From Eledone cirrhosa (taxonomy: Eukaryota), in NCBI GenBank assembly GCA_964016885.1, contig OZ024741.1:372744001-372808000 (forward strand): 64,000 nt of DNA. Reading direction: 5' to 3'. This document shows positions 50,285 through 63,186 of this stretch, piece by piece (within the stretch, counting starts at the first letter, position 1; every line of letters begins with the position of its first letter). The position numbers and the translations under genes were made by a program. Below the pieces are notes generated by a model that had not been told where the DNA came from, did no database searches, and saw only the letters and a program-made list of their open reading frames with translations.

Positions 50285-53200
50285 TTTGACTAGGTGAAAA
50301 GCAGACATAAAATGATAATTATGATGATATTATTATAGTTATCTCCACAACCTTATATTTATTACTGCTTGAAGAATAGCAACAAGAAACAGAGTAATCA
50401 TGTGTGAAATTCCAATTGTCAATATACTATATAACTCTCTTTTCTTCCTTTTATTTACACTTACAATTTTCACATACACACAACCACACACATTCACATA
50501 CACAAACACATACATACACATCCATACACACCCTCACGTGTCAACACATCTGACTTATCTGTTGTCACGTATATGTCCTCTCTTACGGTTGTAAGCCAAA
50601 ATTATTTTACACATGACTAAAAATACATATTTTTATACAGAATTGATTAAATATTGAATTTAATTTATATTGAAAGTTTTACAAACATTTGTTATTCAAT
50701 TGTAAAAAAAACTCCTTTTTATGAGAAATTTGAAATGTATGTATCCCAACACAAATGGCCAACACAGTGGCACCAGAGTTTGGGAGTTGAAACCACAATT
50801 ACAGTGTTGAACTGGATAGCACTGCTATGAGGAGGAGCAGGCCAGTTGGTGACACTGAACCCCTCTCACAGTGGCACCAGAGTTTGGGAGTTGCAACCAC
50901 AATTACAGTGTTGAACTGGCTAGCACTGCTATGTGGAGGTGCAGGCCAGTTGGTGACACTGAACCCCTCTCACAGTGGCACCAGAGTTTGGGAGTTGCAA
51001 CCACAATTACAGTGTTGAACTGGATAGCACTGCTATGTGGAGGAGCAGGCCAGTTGGTGACACTGAACCCCTCTCACAGTGGCACCAGAGTTTGGGAGTT
51101 GCAACCACAATTACAGTGTTGAACTGGATAGCACTGCTAAGAGGAGGAGCAGGCCAGTTGGTGACACTGAACCCCTCTCACAGTGGCACCAGAGTTTGGG
51201 AGTTGCAACCACAATTACAGTGTTGAACTGGATAGCACTGCTATGTGGAGGAGCAGGCCAGTTGGTCACACTGAACCCCTCTCACAGTGGCACCAGAGTT
51301 TGGGAGTTGCAACCACAATTACAATGTTGAACTGGATAGCACTGCTATGAGGAGGAGCAGGCCAGTTGGTCACACTGAACCCCTCTCACAGTGGCACCAG
51401 AGTTTGGGAGTTGCAACCACAATTACAGTGTTGAACTGGATAGCACTGCTATGTGGAGGAGCAGGCCAGTTGGTGACACTGAACCCCTCTCACAGTGGCA
51501 CCAGAGTTTGGGAGTTGCAACCACAATTACAGTGTTGAACTGGATAGCACTGCTATGTGGAGGAGCAGGCCAGTTGGTGACACTGAACCCCTCTCACAGT
51601 GGCACCAGAGTTTGGGAGTTGCAACCACAATTACAGTGTTGAACTGGATAGCACTGCTATGTGGAGGAGCAGGCCAGTTGGTCACACTGAACCCCTCTCA
51701 CAGTGGCACCAGAGTTTGGGAGTTGCAACCACAATTACAGTGTTGAACAATGGTTAAAGAAAAAGATTGAGATTGGTGAGCCAGACCAAGACATCATTTG
51801 TAGTATTATGGGTTGCTGTCAGGAGAACGTTTGAGGGGGCAATCCTGAACAACATGTAACACTGTCTAGTCAGGGTCCTCACAGTCACATGCTGGGCTGT
51901 CTAGTCAGGGTCCTCACAGTCACATGCTGCGCTGTCTAGTCAGGGTCCCTTCAGTACATGTTGGGCTGTCTGTCAGGGTCCCTTCAGTACATGTTGGGCT
52001 GTCTAGTCAGGGTCCCTTCAGTACATGCTGAGCTGTCCAGTCAGGGTCTCCACAATCACATGCTGAGCTGTCTAGTCAGGGTCCCTACAGTAACATGTTG
52101 AGCTGTCTAGTCAGGGTCCCTGCAGTCACATGCTCAGCTGTCTAGTCAGGGTCCCACAGTCACATGCTCAGCTGTCTAGTCAGGGTGCCCATAGTAACAT
52201 GTTGAGCTGTCTGGTCAGGGTCCCTGCAGTCACATGCTCAGCTGTCTAGTCAGGGTACCTACAGTAACATGTTGAGCTGTCTGGTCAGGGTCCCTGCAGT
52301 CACATGCTCAGCTGTCTAGTCAGTGTCCCCACAGTACATGCTGGGTTGTCTAGTCAGGGTCCCTATAGTCACATGCTGGGTTGTCTAGTCAGGGTCCCTA
52401 CAGTCACATGCTGGGTTGTCTAGTCAGGGTGCCAACAGTCACATGCTGGGCTGTCTTTTTGACTAGGTGAAAAGCAGACATAAAATGATAATTATGATGA
52501 TATTATTATAGTTATCTCCACAACCTTATATTTATTACTGCTTGAAGAATAGCAACAAGAAACAGAGTAATCATGTGTGAAATTCCAATTGTCAATATAC
52601 TATATAACTCTCTTTTCTTCCTTTTATTTACACTTACAATTTTCACATACACCCAACCACACACATTCACATACACAAACACATACATACACATCCATAC
52701 ACACCCTCACATGTCAACACATCTGACTTATCTGTTGTCACGTATATGTCCTCTCTTACGGTTGTAAGCCAAAATTATTTTACACATGACTAAAAATACA
52801 TATTTTTATACAGAATTGATTAAATATTGAATTTAATTTATTTTGAAAGTTTTACAAACATTTGTTATTCAATTGTAAAAAAAAACTCTTTTTATGAGAA
52901 ATTTGAAATGTATGTATCCCAACACAAATGGCCAACACAGTGGCACCAGAGTTTGGGAGTTGCAACCACAATTACAGTGTTGAACTGGATAGCACTGCTA
53001 TGAGGAGGAGCAGGCCAGTTGGTGACACTGAACCGCTTTCACAGTGGCACCAGAGTTTGGGAGTTGAAACCACAATTACAGTGTTGAACTGGATAGCACT
53101 GCTATGAGGAGGAGCAGGCCAGTTGGTGACACTGAACCCCTCTCACAGTGGCACCAGAGTTTGGGAGTTGAAACCACAATTACAGTGTTGAACTGGATAG

Positions 53201-56200
53201 CACTGCTATGAGGAGGAGCAGGCCAGTTGGTCACACTGAACCCCTCTCACAGTGGCACCAGAGTTTGGGAGTTGCAACCACAATTACAGTGTTGAACTGG
53301 ATAGCACTGCTATGTGGAGGAGCAGGCCAGTTGGTCACACTGAACCCCTCTCACAGTGGCACCAGAGTTTGGGAGTTGCAACCACAATTACAGTGTTGAA
53401 CTGGATAGCACTGCTATGAGGAGGAGCAGGCCAGTTGGTGACACTGAACCCCTCTCACAGTGGCACCAGAGTTTGGGAGTTGAAACCACAATTACAGTGT
53501 TGAACTGGATAGCACTGCTATGAGGAGGAGCAGGCCAGTTGGTCACACTGAACCCCTCTCACAGTGGCACCAGAGTTTGGGAGTTGCAACCACAATTACA
53601 GTGTTGAACTGGATAGCACTGCTATGAGGAGGAGCAGGCCAGTTAGTGACACTGAACCCCTCTCACAGTGGCACCAGAGTTTGGGAGTTGCAACCACAAT
53701 TACAGTGTTGAACAATGGTTAAAGAAAAAGATTGAGATTTGTGAGCCAGACCAAGACATCATTTGTAGTATTATGGGTTGCTGTCAGGAGAACGTTTGAG
53801 GGGGCAATCCTGAACAACATGTAACACTGTCTAGTCAGGGTCCTCACAGTCACATGCTGGGCTGTCTAGTCAGGGTCCCTACAGTCACATGCTGGGTTGT
53901 CTAGTCAGGGTCCCTACAGTCACATGCTGGGTTGTCTAGTCAGGGTCCCTACAGTCACATGCTGGGTTGTCTAGTCAGGGTCCCTACAGTCACATGCTGG
54001 GTTGTCTAGTCAGGGTCCCTATAGTCACATGCTGGGTTGTCTAGTCAGGGTCCCTACAGTCACATGCTGGGTTGTCTAGTCAGGGTCCCTATAGTCACAT
54101 GCTGGGTTGTCTAGTCAGGGTCCCTACAGTCACATGCTGGGTTGTCTAGTCAGGGTGCCAACAGTCACATGCTGGGCTGTCTAGTCAGGGTCCCTGCAGT
54201 CACATGCTGGGTTGTCTAGTCAGGGTCCCTACAGTCACATGCTGGGTTGTCTAGTCAGGGTCCCTACAGTCACATGCTGGGTTGTCTAGTCAGGGTCCCT
54301 ACAGTCACATGCTGGGTTGTCTAGTCAGGGTCCCTATAGTCACATGCTGGGTTGTCTAGTCAGGGTCCCTACAGTCACATGCTGGGTTGTCTAGTCAGGG
54401 TCCCTACAGTCACATGCTGGGTTGTCTAGTCAGGGTCCCTATAGTCACATGCTGGGTTGTCTAGTCAGGGTGCCAACAGTCACATGCTGGGTTGTCTAGT
54501 CAGGGTGCCAACAGTCACATGCTGGGCTGTCTTTTTGACTAGGTGAAAAGCAGACATAAAATGATAATTATGATGATATTATTATAGTTATCTCCACAAC
54601 CTTATATTTATTACTGCTTGAAGAATAGCAACAAGAAACAGAGTAATCATGTGTGAAATTCCAATTGTCAATATACTATATAACTCTCTTTTCTTCCTTT
54701 TATTTACACTTACAATTTTCACATACACACAACCACACACATTCACATACACAAACACATACATACACATCCATACACACCCTCACGTGTCAACACATCT
54801 GACTTATCTGTTGTCACGTATATGTCCTCTCTTACGGTTGTAAGCCAAAATTATTTTACACATGACTAAAAATACATATTTTTATACAGAATTGATTAAA
54901 TATTGAATTTAATTTATATTGAAAGTTTTACAAACATTTGTTATTCAATTGTAAAAAAAACTCCTTTTTATGAGAAATTTGAAATGTATGTATCCCAACA
55001 CAAATGGCCAACACAGTGGCACCAGAGTTTGGGAGTTGAAACCACAATTACAGTGTTGAACTGGATAGCACTGCTATGAGGAGGAGCAGGCCAGTTGGTG
55101 ACACTGAACCCCTCTCACAGTGGCACCAGAGTTTGGGAGTTGCAACCACAATTACAGTGTTGAACTGGATAGCACTGCTATGAGGAGGAGCAGGCCAGTT
55201 GGTCACACTGAACCCCTCTCACAGTGGCACCAGAGTTTGGGAGTTGAAACCACAATTACAGTGTTGAACTGGATAGCACTGCTATGAGGAGGAGCAGGCC
55301 AGTTGGTGACACTGAACCCCTCTCACAGTGGCACCAGAGTTTGGGAGTTGAAACCACAATTACAGTGTTGAACTGGATAGCACTGCTATGTGGAGGAGCA
55401 GGCCAGTTGGTGACACTGAACCCCTCTCACAGTGGCACCAGAGTTTGGGAGTTGCAACCACAATTACAGTGTTGAACTGGATAGCACTGCTATGTGGAGG
55501 AGCAGGCCAGTTGGTGACACTGAACCCCTCTCACAGTGGCACCAGAGTTTGGGAGTTGCAACCACAATTACAGTGTTGAACTGGATAGCACTGCTATGTG
55601 GAGGAGCAGGCCAGTTGGTCACACTGAACCCCTCTCACAGTGGCACCAGAGTTTGGGAGTTGCAACCACAATTACAGTGTTGAACTGGATAGCACTGCTA
55701 TGTGGAGGAGCAGGCCAGTTGGTGACACTGAACCCCTCTCACAGTGGCACCAGAGTTTGGGAGTTGCAACCACAATTACAGTGTTGAACAATGGTTAAAG
55801 AAAAAGATTGAGATTGGTGAGCCAGACCAAGACATCATTTGTAGTATTATGGGTTGCTGTCAGGAGAACGTTTGAGGGGGCAATCCTGAACAACATGTAA
55901 CACTGTCTAGTCAGGGTCCTCACAGTCACATGCTGGGCTGTCTAGTCAGGGTCCTCACAGTCACATGCTGCGCTGTCTAGTCAGGGTCCCTTCAGTACAT
56001 GTTGGGCTGTCTAGTCAGGGTCCCTTCAGTACATGTTGGGCTGTCTAGTCAGGGTCCCTTCAGTACATGCTGAGCTGTCCAGTCAGGGTCTCCACAATCA
56101 CATGCTGAGCTGTCTAGTCAGGGTCCCTACAGTAACATGTTGAGCTGTCTAGTCAGGGTCCCTGCAGTCACATGCTCAGCTGTCTAGTCAGGGTCCCACA

Positions 56201-59200
56201 GTCACATGCTCAGCTGTCTAGTCAGGGTGCCCATAGTAACATGTTGAGCTGTCTGGTCAGGGTCCCTGCAGTCACATGCTCAGCTGTCTAGTCAGGGTCC
56301 CTACAGTCACATGCTGGGTTGTCTAGTCAGGGTCCCTACAGTCACATGCTGGGTTGTCTAGTCAGGGTCCCTATAGTCACATGCTGGGTTGTCTAGTCAG
56401 GGTCCCTACAGTCACATGCTGGGTTGTATAGTCAGGGTCCCTATAGTCACATGCTGGGTTGTCTAGTCAGGGTCCCTACAGTCACATGCTGGGTTGTCTA
56501 GTCAGGGTCCCTATAGTCACATGCTGGGTTGTCTAGTCAGGGTGCCAACAGTCACATGCTGGGTTGTCTAGTCAGGGTGCCAACAGTCACATGCTGGGCT
56601 GTCTTTTTGACTAGGTGAAAAGCAGACATAAAATGATAATTATGATGATATTATTATAGTTATCTCCACAACCTTATATTTATTACTGCTTGAAGAATAG
56701 CAACAAGAAACAGAGTAATCATGTGTGAAATTCCAATTGTCAATATACTATATAACTCTCTTTACTTCCTTTTATTTACACTTACAATTTTCACATACAC
56801 ACAACCACACACATTCACATACACAAACACATACATACACATCCATACACACCCTCACGTGTCAACACATCTGACTTATCTGTTGTCACGTATATGTCCT
56901 CTCTTACGGTTGTAAGCCAAAATTATTTTACACATGACTAAAAATACATATTTTTATACAGAATTGATTAAATATTGAATTTAATTTATATTGAAAGTTT
57001 TACAAACATTTGTTATTCAATTGTAAAAAAAAACTCTTTTTATGAGAAATTTGAAATGTATGTATCCCAACACAAATGGCCAAGACAGTGGCACCAGAGT
57101 TTGGGAGTTGCAACCACAATTACAGTGTTGAACTGGATAGCACTGCTATGAGGAGGAGCAGGCCAGTTGGTCACACTGAACCCCTCTCACAGTGGCACCA
57201 GAGTTTGGGAGTTGCAACCACAATTACAGTGTTGAACTGGATAGCACTGCTATGAGGAGGAGCAGGCCAGTTGGTGACACTGAACCCCTCTCACAGTGGC
57301 ACCAGAGTTTGGGAGTTGCAACCACAATTACAGTGTTGAACTGGATAGCACTGCTATGTGGAGGAGCAGGCCAGTTGGTGACACTGAACCCCTCTCACAG
57401 TGGCACCAGAGTTTGGGAGTTGCAACCACAATTACAGTGTTGAACAATGGTTAAAGAAAAAGATTGAGATTGGTGAGCCAGACCAAGACATCATTTGTAG
57501 TATTATGGGTTGCTGTCAGGAGAACGTTTGAGGGGGCAATCCTGAACAACATGTAACACTGTCTAGTCAGGGTCCTCACAGTCACATGCTGGGCTGTCTA
57601 GTCAGGGTCCTCACAGTCACATGCTGCGCTGTCTAGTCAGGGTCCCTTCAGTACATGTTGGGCTGTCTAGTCAGGGTCCCTTCAGTACATGTTGGGCTGT
57701 CTAGTCAGGGTCCCTTCAGTACATGCTGAGCTGTCCAGTCAGGGTCTCCACAATCACATGCTGAGCTGTCTAGTCAGGGTCCCTACAGTAACATGTTGAG
57801 CTGTCTAGTCAGGGTCCCTGCAGTCACATGCTCAGCTGTCTAGTCAGGGTCCCACAGTCACATGCTCAGCTGTCTAGTCAGGGTGCCCATAGTAACATGT
57901 TGAGCTGTCTGGTCAGGGTCCCTGCAGTCACATGCTCAGCTGTCTAGTCAGGGTCCCTACAGTCACATGCTGGGTTGTCTAGTCAGGGTCCCTACAGTCA
58001 CATGCTGGGTTGTCTAGTCAGGGTCCCTATAGTCACATGCTGGGTTGTCTAGTCAGGGTCCCTACAGTCACATGCTGGGTTGTATAGTCAGGGTCCCTAT
58101 AGTCACATGCTGGGTTGTCTAGTCAGGGTCCCTACAGTCACATGCTGGGTTGTCTAGTCAGGGTCCCTATAGTCACATGCTGGGTTGTCTAGTCAGGGTG
58201 CCAACAGTCACATGCTGGGTTGTCTAGTCAGGGTGCCAACAGTCACATGCTGGGCTGTCTTTTTGACTAGGTGAAAAGCAGACATAAAATGATAATTATG
58301 ATGATATTATTATAGTTATCTCCACAACCTTATATTTATTACTGCTTGAAGAATAGCAACAAGAAACAGAGTAATCATGTGTGAAATTCCAATTGTCAAT
58401 ATACTATATAACTCTCTTTACTTCCTTTTATTTACACTTACAATTTTCACATACACACAACCACACACATTCACATACACAAACACATACATACACATCC
58501 ATACACACCCTCACGTGTCAACACATCTGACTTATCTGTTGTCACGTATATGTCCTCTCTTACGGTTGTAAGCCAAAATTATTTTACACATGACTAAAAA
58601 TACATATTTTTATACAGAATTGATTAAATATTGAATTTAATTTATATTGAAAGTTTTACAAACATTTGTTATTCAATTGTAAAAAAAAACTCTTTTTATG
58701 AGAAATTTGAAATGTATGTATCCCAACACAAATGGCCAAGACAGTGGCACCAGAGTTTGGGAGTTGCAACCACAATTACAGTGTTGAACTGGATAGCACT
58801 GCTATGAGGAGGAGCAGGCCAGTTGGTCACACTGAACCCCTCTCACAGTGGCACCAGAGTTTGGGAGTTGCAACCACAATTACAGTGTTGAACTGGATAG
58901 CACTGCTATGAGGAGGAGCAGGCCAGTTGGTGACACTGAACCCCTCTCACAGTGGCACCAGAGTTTGGGAGTTGCAACCACAATTACAGTGTTGAACTGG
59001 ATAGCACTGCTATGTGGAGGAGCAGGCCAGTTGGTGACACTGAACCCCTCTCACAGTGGCACCAGAGTTTGGGAGTTGCAACCACAATTACAGTGTTGAA
59101 CAATGGTTAAAGAAAAAGATTGAGATTGGTGAGCCAGACCAAGACATCATTTGTAGTATTATGGGTTGCTGTCAGGAGAACGTTTGAGGGGGCAATCCTG

Positions 59201-60430
59201 AACAACATGTAACACTGTCTAGTCAGGGTCCTCACAGTCACATGCTGGGCTGTCTAGTCAGGGTCCTCACAGTCACATGCTGCGCTGTCTAGTCAGGGTC
59301 CCTTCAGTACATGTTGGGCTGTCTAGTCAGGGTCCCTTCAGTACATGTTGGGCTGTCTAGTCAGGGTCCCTTCAGTACATGCTGAGCTGTCCAGTCAGGG
59401 TCTCCACAATCACATGCTGAGCTGTCTAGTCAGGGTCCCTACAGTAACATGTTGAGCTGTCTAGTCAGGGTCCCTGCAGTCACATGCTCAGCTGTCTAGT
59501 CAGGGTCCCACAGTCACATGCTCAGCTGTCTAGTCAGGGTGCCCATAGTAACATGTTGAGCTGTCTGGTCAGGGTCCCTGCAGTCACATGCTCAGCTGTC
59601 TAGTCAGGGTCCCTACAGTCACATGCTGGGTTGTCTAGTCAGGGTCCCTACAGTCACATGCTGGGTTGTCTAGTCAGGGTCCCTACAGTCACATGCTGGG
59701 TTGTCTAGTCAGGGTCCCTATAGTCACATGCTGGGTTGTCTAGTCAGGGTCCCTACAGTCACATGCTGGGTTGTCTAGTCAGGGTCCCTATAGTCACATG
59801 CTGGGTTGTCTAGTCAGGGTGCCAACAGTCACATGCTGGGTTGTCTAGTCAGGGTGCCAACAGTCACATGCTGGGCTGTCTTTTTGACTAGGTGAAAAGC
59901 AGACATAAAATGATAATTATGATGATATTATTATAGTTATCTCCACAACCTTATATTTATTACTGCTTGAAGAATAGCAACAAGAAACAGAGTAATCATG
60001 TGTGAAATTCCAATTGTCAATATACTATATAACTCTCTTTACTTCCTTTTATTTACACTTACAATTTTCACATACACACAACCACACACATTCACATACA
60101 CAAACACATACATACACATCCATACACACCCTCATGTGTCAACACATCTGACTTATCTGTTGTCACGTATATGTCCTCTCTTACGGTTGTAAGCCAAAAT
60201 TATTTTACACATGACTAAAAATACATATTTTTATACAGAATTGATTAAATATTGAATTTAATTTATATTGAAAGTTTTACAAACATTTGTTATTCAATTG
60301 TAAAAAAAAACTCTTTTTATGAGAAATTTGAAATGTATGTATCCCAACACAAATGGCCAAGACAGAGGAGCAGGCCAGTTGGTCACACTGAACACCTCTC
60401 ACAGTGGAACTATAGTTTGGGAGCTGCAAC
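48841..60430. repeat. Higher-order tandem repeat, 6 units starting at 48841, 51747, 53712, 55788, 57444, 59100; each unit is ~115 bp LINE piece + 35-bp array + ~480 bp spacer + 104-bp array
   Basis: Unit lengths 2906, 1965, 2076, 1656, 1656 and ~1330 bp; repeated ORF-track peptides (MCEIPIVNIL.. six times, MAPEFGSCNH..) reflect the repeat. Confidence 0.97.
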
Positions 60431-60437
60431 ACCACAA

Positions 60438-60498
<61 letters not shown>

Positions 60499-60865
60499 TT
60501 GCTGCAGTAATAGGAATTTAAAATGTGTGCATCCCAATACAAATTACCATAAGATTATAATAATATTTGATTGCTATAAATTATAGTTGATAAAATTAGA
60601 TAAAATACTCCTAGAGACAGAAAAGTTATATAGATAATTTATTCAGTGAATGTATCGTGATGCCACGTGCAGTGACACTGGACTAAACATTGTTAATAGA
60701 AGGCATGAAGTGTTTCTGAACACAGGAATCCTTTGAGGTGAAAGGGACACAGTTTGAAGTGATAGATTTGAGTTGTCTAAAACTAGCCCTACCTATAGGA
60801 ATTCCATTATCAATAAAGTATTTCACCATCACAATATACTTATTGTAGCAATCATTGTATTTTTA

Positions 60866-60985
60866 TGTGTGTGTAGATGTGTGTATACATACATATATAC
60901 ATATGTGTAAGAATATATGTACGGGTCTGTGTCTGTGTGTATGCACACGTGCAGGGGAAAAAATGTATTAGGGTATGTGTGTGTC

Positions 60986-61016
<31 letters not shown>

Positions 61017-61029
61017 ATATTTATATGTG

Positions 61030-61068
<39 letters not shown>

Positions 61069-61440
61069 ATATGTATACAGGTATGTAGACGTATGTGTGT
61101 ATACGTGTGTGTGTGGGTATGTATATATATATGTGTATGTGTGTATATATGCATATGTATGTGCAGATGTGCATATGTGTGTGCGTAAATGTATGTATAT
61201 GTATACATATATATATATTTGTGAGTGTATGTGTATGTATATGTACGGATGCGTATGTGTGTGTGCATGTATATATACGAGTAAGTGTATGTAAGTGTGT
61301 CTGTGTATATGCGTGCATATATACATGCGCGTGTGTGCCTCTCTGTGTGCATGTATGCGTATATTTGTGTGACTATTTATGTGTGTGAATGTAAGCACAC
61401 AAGCTACTCTGTATGTATCTGTCAGTATCTCTGTGTGTGC
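60866..61440. repeat. Compound (TG)/(TA) low-complexity microsatellite
   Basis: Alternating purine-pyrimidine tract. Confidence 0.9.
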
Positions 61441-61454
61441 GAGTGGGAGTGTGA

Positions 61455-61560
61455 GCTGACAAACAGCTGTAATTTTGCTGACGGGGCAGTGGGTGAGTGA
61501 CAGCTGACGCCCTGATTGTCAGCAGACTGCTCCAGTGGTCAGAATAATGATGACGTCACT
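61455..61560. promoter_or_regulatory. Candidate cAMP-response element cluster in a PDE4 intron
   Basis: Full CRE TGACGTCA at 61551-61558, half-sites TGACG at 61479 and 61505, E-boxes CAGCTG at 61464 and 61501, inside a non-repetitive GC/CpG-enriched island (about 61440-61780). Confidence 0.45.
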
Positions 61561-61784
61561 AACCAGCGGACACGCAAAGCAGGTGAAGGTGGACGATATA
61601 GGCTTGTAGGGCCAGAAAACCCCAGAAAGAGGATATGATCTGAAATCAATAGACGTGTCTGAGGAACCTGCGAGACTAGAGTCAGGTAGATCCGCACACG
61701 GGTCGCACCTCGAGGTGTTCACCAGGGAAACAATTGTAACACAATAAATTGAGTTCCGATGCATCACTGATTTTTCGTTTTCCG

Positions 61785-61839
<55 letters not shown>

Positions 61840-62436
61840 GGATGCATGTGGCCTAGTGGTAAGGGTCTTGGACTTACAATCATAATGTCATGGGTTGCGT
61901 GTTGTGTTCTTGAGCAAAACACTTTATTTCACATTGCTCTAGTGTACTCAGCTGAAAATGAGTACCAGCAATAGCTGGGGTTTTAACCCTGTGATGGACT
62001 GGCGCACTATCCAGGGGGAGTCTTGTACTTTCAGACACTTTACATCATGAAACTGGGATAGGCACCAGCCAAATGAGACTTCTGGCAAGACAGACTTTAG
62101 ACTTTTAGATATATGTAAAAAGTAAATAGAAATAACAATGCAAAAGACAATGAAGAAATATATATATATTAGTGTAATGCTTGAAATGATAGTAAAAGAG
62201 TCTTAATGTTTTGGACACTAGTCCTTCACCAGAAGATAGAAAGATATTAAAAAACACACACATGTGTATTCAATCAGTCATATATGTACACATACACACA
62301 TATCATTATCATCACCATCATCATTTATATATATATATATATATACTTAGGTTAATAGGAGTTAGGTATTGTATACCCGTGTCCCATTAAGGTATTGGCA
62401 GCATAATAATTAGCTCTATGCTTTAGAGCAGAGCCG

Positions 62437-63135
62437 TATATATGATAAAGAACACAAGAGCGTCTACAACATCAAAAGATTTTTATTGGCTTACAATGTT
62501 TCTTCCTTACGTAACCGTAGGATTCTTCAGAGCTATAAAAGGGGTTTGATTGGTGTTATGGACTCTACCAACCAAACATTCAAGAACAAAAAGTAAAGAG
62601 AGTAAAGAGCAAAAGCAGGGGACGATAAGTCTAATTTTGGTCCTTTATATTTTACCTTATTCTTACTTTTATACCTTATTATAGTGTAATCTTCCCCATG
62701 CCTTATTATACATTATTAATTATAGATTATTATTATTACTCTTATTCCATTTCTAATTACCTCATGTACTTTCTCCTCCGTTATATATATATTGTATGCC
62801 CTTTGTGTGTGTGTAGCCTCTGCACACCCTCTGCACCCTACTATCGACGCCACCCCATCTATGGCTCCACTAATCACTCGACTCCTGGGAATGAATATGA
62901 CCACAGCTAGTAAACAAGGACCCCCACTCCACCCTCCCGCACCAAAATTAGACTTATCGTCCCCTGCTTTTGCTCTTTACTCTCTTTACTCTTTGTTCTT
63001 GAATGTTTGGTTGGTAGAGTCCATAACACCAATCAAACCCCTTTTATAGCTCTGAAGAATCCTACGGTTACGTAAGGAAGAAACATTGTAAACCAATAAA
63101 AATCTTTTGATGTTGTAGACGCTCTTGTGTTCTTT

Positions 63136-63145
<10 letters not shown>
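62437..63145. mobile_element. Penelope-like element remnant: ~205-bp inverted pseudo-LTR pair around a 300-bp spacer
   Basis: 62437-62641 is the reverse complement of 62941-63145 (2 mismatches seen); each arm has a hammerhead-like core followed by AATAAA and sits next to TA repeats. Confidence 0.7.
62489..62533 (-). ncRNA. Minimal type I hammerhead ribozyme-like motif (second copy at 63049-63093 on +)
   Basis: GCT-CTGAAGA-aTCCTACGgttaCGTAaGGAa-GAAACattGTA-AGC: CUGANGA and GAAA cores, stem II, 2-bp stem III, GUA triplet, 3-bp stem I. Confidence 0.6.

Positions 63146-63186
<41 letters not shown>

Noticed and set aside
48955-59880. CRISPR-like appearance of the 35-bp and 104-bp arrays
   Set aside because: Units are contiguous with no unique spacers, there are no cas genes, the context is a eukaryotic intron, and the 35-mer traces to a LINE.
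50400-60192. Repeated short ORFs (MAPEFGSCNH..., MCEIPIVNIL...) as a tandem gene family
   Set aside because: By-products of the higher-order repeat; the 104-bp period is not a multiple of 3; no splice or domain signal.
60852-61500. His/Thr- and Cys/Val-rich ORFs (also at 2119-2571, 12664, 32754)
   Set aside because: Dinucleotide microsatellite translations.
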